NCBI GenBank assembly: GCA_963816145.1 | Contig: CAWFJP010000014.1 | Span: 96,001 to 160,000 of the forward strand | Source: an uncultured delta proteobacterium | GTDB lineage: Bacteria; Desulfobacterota; Binatia; UBA9968 | Direction: 5' to 3' | DNA length: 64,000 nucleotides | Part shown: in pieces, positions 59,547-64,000 of the stretch | Position numbering within the stretch: the first letter of the stretch is position 1 | How the letters are laid out: the number at the start of each line of letters is the position of its first letter | Program-made: the position numbers and the translations under genes | Notes under the pieces: generated by a model | The model's input: only the letters and a program-made list of their open reading frames with translations | Told to the model about the DNA's origin: nothing | Database searches by the model: none

Positions 59547-59614
59547 TTGGAACATCTGGAACCCCTGGAACGATTGGAACCGTTCCAAAAGTTCCAATCG
59601 TTCCAGCCGTTCCA
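59547..59614. repeat. 9-bp-period inverted repeat TGGAAC x4 / GTTCCA x4
   Basis: ttggaacat ctggaaccc ctggaacga ttggaac c gttccaaaa gttccaatc gttccagcc gttcca. Confidence 0.88.
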
Positions 59615-59630
59615 CTCGGAATTGGCAATT

Positions 59631-60716
59631 CTAGAGCGGCAGTTTGTAAAACGTCTCGGCATTACGCCAGAGCATGGCGGCCTTATCGTCCGCGGTGATT
59701 TCGTCGCTCTCCATCAACTCGCCGATGTCATGCTTGCAGCTCTCGTGGGTGACTTCATGGGGAAAGTCTGACGAATAGAGAAACGGCGAATTGCCGACGA
59801 CTTTGATCGCGAAGGGCATGGTCAGCTCTTCGGTTTCGATGCCCAGATAGATGCGGTTGTCTTTGATCAGCTTTTTAAGCGTTTTGGCCGGGTCTTGTTC
59901 CTCGCGGATGCCGAACTCGCCTTCGGGAATATGTTGGAAGTGGGTCTCATGAGAGGCATGGAGCCGTTCGAGCAGAAGCAGCAACCAAGCGATGCCGCCC
60001 TCGAGGAAGGCGATGCGCACGCGCGGGAAGCGCTCGTAGATGCCGTTGTATAGAATATCGGCGCAATTGATCGTCAGTCCCCAAGGATGACCGAGAGCAT
60101 GCACGGGCACGTACATGTTCATGTGATCCATGCCGAAGCGGTCATGGGCACCGCCATGGACGGCGAGGCAGCAGCCGAGGCGGTTGGCTTCTTCATAAAC
60201 CGGCCAAAACTGTTTGGCGCCCAACGGTTGAGAGAGGCCGTTGGAAGGCATCATGCCACCCAGCATGCCCAACTCGGTGACCGCACGGCGCAGCTCCTTG
60301 GCGGCTTCTTCCGGGTCCTGCATGGGGATAATCGCCATGCCTTTGAAACGCGAATTGTATTTCAAATAGGTGTCCGACAACCAATCGTTGTACGCTTTAC
60401 AAACCGCTACGGCGTAGTCGCGGCTGACGATCTTGCCGTAGGATAGAGCCAGAGTCGGATACATGACGGTCCATTCGATGCCGATATCGTCAAGAAAATC
60501 GAGCCAGCCTTTCGGGCCGACCGGCGCACGCCCATCGCGTTGCGGCGGGGTTTCGACGGCGCGACCGGAGTGAAGGTGATCCAAGGGCGGAAAGCAGGTG
60601 CCCTTGCGCCCGGCGATTTCGCGGTAGGTGCCTTCCATATGGGCGATGATGCCCGCGTTGTCTTCCATAATGTGTCCGTCGCCGTCAATTATTCGCGTGC
60701 CGAGATTTGCGCTCAT
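59631..60716 (-). CDS. Amidohydrolase_2 family protein (paralog of 1913-2980)
   Basis: IIDGDGH, CLAVH, FLEGG, YSSDFPHE; start at ATG 60716. Confidence 0.92.
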   Translation of the reverse strand: MSANLGTRIIDGDGHIMEDNAGIIAHMEGTYREIAGRKGTCFPPLDHLHSGRAVETPPQRDGRAPVGPKGWLDFLDDIGIEWTVMYPTLALSYGKIVSRDYAVAVCKAYNDWLSDTYLKYNSRFKGMAIIPMQDPEEAAKELRRAVTELGMLGGMMPSNGLSQPLGAKQFWPVYEEANRLGCCLAVHGGAHDRFGMDHMNMYVPVHALGHPWGLTINCADILYNGIYERFPRVRIAFLEGGIAWLLLLLERLHASHETHFQHIPEGEFGIREEQDPAKTLKKLIKDNRIYLGIETEELTMPFAIKVVGNSPFLYSSDFPHEVTHESCKHDIGELMESDEITADDKAAMLWRNAETFYKLPL

Positions 60717-60908
60717 GGTAAAAGTCCCCCTAAATATTTTGCATCGATAACGGATAGATCTAGAAATCTGTCGTCTCTTCTTATAATCCGACTTGAGGAC
60801 CGGGTTCAAGCCGGTTGCGCGCGCTCCAGCGCCCTCGCGTTGTCGCGAGCTTTGCGATAAGAGGTTCGAAAGACAAAGTTGTGGTGACGAAATCATAATG
60901 GAGGACCT

Positions 60909-61160
60909 ATGGCTGAAGAATCCATCGAAGAGAAGCTGGCACGGCTCGAAGCCGAAAATCAGGCGCTAAAAAAACAGGTCGATCGCAAGTCCGGAGAGTT
61001 GCGCCTGAAGGTCAGCGAAAAGGGCGGGCTGTCGATTTACGGGCTGGGCCGATTTCCGGTGACGCTTTATAAAGAACAGTGGAATCGGCTTCTTGACCAC
61101 GCCGATGAGATCCGCGAATTTCTCAAGGCCAACGACCAGCAACTCAAGGCGAAGCAATAA
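60909..61160 (+). CDS. Small conserved hypothetical protein
   Basis: GGAGG RBS; N-terminal coiled coil then LKVSEKGGLSIYGLGRFPVTLYKEQW. Confidence 0.8.
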   Translation: MAEESIEEKLARLEAENQALKKQVDRKSGELRLKVSEKGGLSIYGLGRFPVTLYKEQWNRLLDHADEIREFLKANDQQLKAKQ

Positions 61161-61199
61161 ACTACATCACCTTTCACCAATGATCCATTCGGAGTTTTT

Positions 61200-62270
61200 A
61201 TGGCAACGACTACACAACCGATCAATCTTTTTGAATTCGAAGATGCCGCCAAAGAGCTGTTGCCGAAAGCGGAATACGACTACATCGCCGGCGGCGCCAC
61301 CGATGAGATTAGCGTCGATCGCAACCGGCGCGCCTATGCATCATGGGCGTTTCGGCCGCGGGTGTTGCGCGATGTCAGTAAGCTCGACCTGTCGACGACG
61401 GTTTTAGGTACGCGCGTCGAATTGCCGGTGTTGATCGCGCCCTGCGGCGGTCATAAGCGCGCCCATCCTGAGGGCGAACTCGCCACCTATCGTGCGGCGG
61501 CTTCCTGCGGCACGGTGCTGGCGGTAAGCGCCAACGCCAACACTTCGTTTGAAGATCTCGCCAAAGCCGCAAACGGAAGCTTGTGGGTGCAGCTCTATCC
61601 GTTCCGCGACAAAGCCATGACCCAAGATTGGCTCGACCGCGCCAAGGCCAACGGTTACAAGGCGATTGTCGTGACCCTCGATTCGCAGTGGCCGCCCAAG
61701 CGTGAACGTAATATTCGCAATCGTTATCAGCGCACCCGCGGCGCTAATTATCCCGCCGGCGGCGAACATCCCGAAGCGCCGCGTCCAGCCGGCAGCGGTG
61801 CCGGTTCGGATCCAGCGGCGACTTGGAAGGACCTTGAGTGGATCAAAGCGGCGACCAGCTTGCCGGTGGTTGCCAAGGGGGTCATGACTGGCGAAGATGT
61901 CGAACTCTGCGCCGAAGTCGGCGCCGACGGCGTAATTGTTTCCAACCATGGTGGGCGCCACCTCGATAACACCTTGGCGACGGTGGAAGTCTTAAGCGAA
62001 GCGGTGGCGGCGGCCAAAGGGAAAATGGAGGTGCTGCTCGACGGTGGGATTCGGCGCGGCGCCGACGTCGTGAAAGCGATCGCTCTCGGGGCGAACGCCG
62101 TGTTTATCGGCCGGCCGCTGTTCTGGGGACTCGCTGTCGGCGGCGAGCAGGGGGTTGTGCGCGTCCTCAATTTGCTCCGTGAAGAAATCGAAATAACCAT
62201 GGCCAAGTGTGGTCGGCCGACTCTCGCCAGCATCGACAGTTCGACTATAGTTAAAGCACCGCCGCTTTGA
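61200..62270 (+). CDS. FMN-dependent alpha-hydroxy acid oxidase/dehydrogenase
   Basis: YDYIAGGA.DE, RPRVLRDV, WVQLY, VAKG, VSNHGGR, DGGIRRG.DVVKA, GRP. Confidence 0.93.
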   Translation: MATTTQPINLFEFEDAAKELLPKAEYDYIAGGATDEISVDRNRRAYASWAFRPRVLRDVSKLDLSTTVLGTRVELPVLIAPCGGHKRAHPEGELATYRAAASCGTVLAVSANANTSFEDLAKAANGSLWVQLYPFRDKAMTQDWLDRAKANGYKAIVVTLDSQWPPKRERNIRNRYQRTRGANYPAGGEHPEAPRPAGSGAGSDPAATWKDLEWIKAATSLPVVAKGVMTGEDVELCAEVGADGVIVSNHGGRHLDNTLATVEVLSEAVAAAKGKMEVLLDGGIRRGADVVKAIALGANAVFIGRPLFWGLAVGGEQGVVRVLNLLREEIEITMAKCGRPTLASIDSSTIVKAPPL

Positions 62271-62595
62271 TATTCTAGACAATAATGGACTTTTGTTGCC
62301 ATTAAAAGACAAACTTGCTTAAGTCAAAACGTTGTCGACGGCGGTATGGAATGGCGGTACCGGGGACTGAGATGCTAGTTTCGGGGGAGCGAGCATTTGA
62401 TCTGCCGAGTTAAAAATTTCCCTAATCCAGCGCACAACGCAGTACTTTTAGTAAGATTCCCATCGATACATTCCTCGCCATTAAAATGGTTCGGTTATCC
62501 AGCCGGAATTTCCTTTGGCAAATAGCTTCCCAGACGTTACAATATCCCAGTCTGGCAACGTCACATTTTTGCCAACTAAACGAATGTAGGAAGCT

Positions 62596-64000
62596 ATGCG
62601 GACTCGGGAAAAAATCCTTATCGCCGTTGTTGTTGCCGCCTTGATGCTGGGCGCCGTGATTGTCTACTTGTTGCAAGGTAGTAGTGAAGTCGAAGCGAAT
62701 TACACCCGCTGGCTTTTTGCCCGCAACTTGAGCCAGTTTATATCTGCGCCGATAGCGTTTGTGTTCGGCAATTCCGAATCCGGTCAATCTACAAGCGCCT
62801 GGTTTTACGGCATGCTCGGCGGTTTTGGAGTGATCGTCATGTTGGTCATTCTGAAGCTGTTCCGTGACGGCCAAATCATGGCGCTCAAGGAGAGGGTGCA
62901 AACACTGGGCGCGGCGAAACAAGAAGCCGAAAACATGCTTCAGGAAGAAGTGTGGAAGGGCAAGACCGCGCGCCAAGCCAAAGACAGCGTGACGCGCGAC
63001 CTCGAAGAGAGCATCGAGCGCATCGAGTTGATGATCGTCGAGCTCACGGCAAAAGAGCAGGCGCTCAAAGCGCGCGATGACGAGTTGCGCGCGCTCAAAT
63101 CTAGCGGCACAGTCGCCAAGCCCATCGTTATCGGCGCGGGCGCCGGCGACCAAGCCATGCGGGCGGAAATGGTGCGGCTCGCCGAAGCGCTCCAAGCCAG
63201 GGATGGCGAAGTCAAAGAGCTGCGGCAACTGATGAGTGGCAAAGCCCGGCTATGGGAAAGCCAGCTGCAAACCAAGGACGATCTGCTCAAGCGCCGCGCA
63301 GCGGAGTTAGAGATTGCCCGCAGTGAAACCGGCGAGCTCAGCGCTCAGGTCAAAGAGTTGGAAGCAGCGGGCCGGCGCGCCGAAGAGCTGCTGCAAAAAG
63401 AGCTTCACAGCAAGAAAGAGGTCCTCGAGGCGAGCGATGCCGCGAACCGTAATCTCGAGAAGCGCCTGCAAGAAACAATGCGCAGCCTCGAGGAGCACGC
63501 TCGCGAACGGGAGCGGCTGATCGAGAGCCATGGCAGTGAACTTGCGATTCTCAACAAGCAGTTGCAGGAATCGAACCTGGCAAAGGATCAGGCCGAATCC
63601 CAGCTCGAGACTGCGCGGGCGGAACTTGAGAAGGAACATGATGCAAAGGAAAGCGAGTTCAAGGAACTCGGATTTCGCCTCGGCACCAACATCCGCGGTC
63701 TGCAAAATCAGATCGAGGAGCGCGACATGCTTGTTCAGGTGCGCGACGGTGAGATCAACTCGCTCAAGTCGGAAGTTCACGCGCTCAGCACCAAGATCGA
63801 AGAAGCCCGGACGGCCAGGGAACAAGCCGAGGCCGCTCTCAACGCGGCGCTCAGTAAAGGCCAGCATATCAGCGACGAAAAAGCTGCCACAATCCGCGAG
63901 TTGGAAGAGCGTTACGGCAGATCGTTGCGCCAGTTGGAACTTCAACTAGGCGAGAAGGAGCAGTTTTTACAAATTCGGAATGCTGAAATTCAATCCTTAA
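62596..64000 (+). CDS. Membrane-anchored long coiled-coil protein (3' truncated by window edge)
   Basis: ATG 62596 MRTREKILIAVVVAALMLGAVIVYLL, second hydrophobic segment WFYGMLGGFGVIVMLVIL, then E/K/L/Q/R-rich heptads open to 64000; absent from the ORF track because it has no stop. Confidence 0.82.
   Translation, partial: MRTREKILIAVVVAALMLGAVIVYLLQGSSEVEANYTRWLFARNLSQFISAPIAFVFGNSESGQSTSAWFYGMLGGFGVIVMLVILKLFRDGQIMALKERVQTLGAAKQEAENMLQEEVWKGKTARQAKDSVTRDLEESIERIELMIVELTAKEQALKARDDELRALKSSGTVAKPIVIGAGAGDQAMRAEMVRLAEALQARDGEVKELRQLMSGKARLWESQLQTKDDLLKRRAAELEIARSETGELSAQVKELEAAGRRAEELLQKELHSKKEVLEASDAANRNLEKRLQETMRSLEEHARERERLIESHGSELAILNKQLQESNLAKDQAESQLETARAELEKEHDAKESEFKELGFRLGTNIRGLQNQIEERDMLVQVRDGEINSLKSEVHALSTKIEEARTAREQAEAALNAALSKGQHISDEKAATIRELEERYGRSLRQLELQLGEKEQFLQIRNAEIQSL

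Noticed and set aside
62422-63945. Minus-strand ORFs 62422-63228 and 63307-63945
   Set aside because: Antisense to the continuous plus-strand coiled-coil gene starting at 62596; their L/F-rich composition is the mirror of E/K codons.

Overview
GC-rich bacterial chromosomal window with about 55 CDS/pseudogenes; no rRNA, tRNA, CRISPR array, prophage, integrase or transposase recognised. It contains 7 amidohydrolase_2 paralogs, about 13 orphan solute-binding protein genes/remnants with no permease or ATPase, cupins, SDRs and a family-B DNA polymerase. This content resembles Candidatus Binatia-type 'Deltaproteobacteria' genomes (inference). Housekeeping-like block at 4-15.7 kb (PolB, PAC2, GT2, TrmI, ManC, RluA-family); accessory, partly frameshifted block at 16-23 kb; catabolic/transport gene strings at 23-62 kb, including a Tat-less reductive-dehalogenase homologue beside a ferredoxin, a heme-oxygenase-like diiron enzyme, a TPP enzyme and an aldehyde:ferredoxin oxidoreductase. 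The most striking non-coding signal is dense colonisation of intergenic space by several families of short palindromic elements. The main one is about 10 dispersed copies of a ~80 bp hairpin built from 9-bp-period CACGAAG units with a conserved inner stem and variable AT-rich loop; 7-, 8- and 9-bp periodic repeats and REP-like doublets also occur. At least ten genes carry small frameshifts (possible sequencing/assembly indels) and three show large internal deletions. Coordinates of repeats and frameshifts were read by eye and may be off by a few bases.
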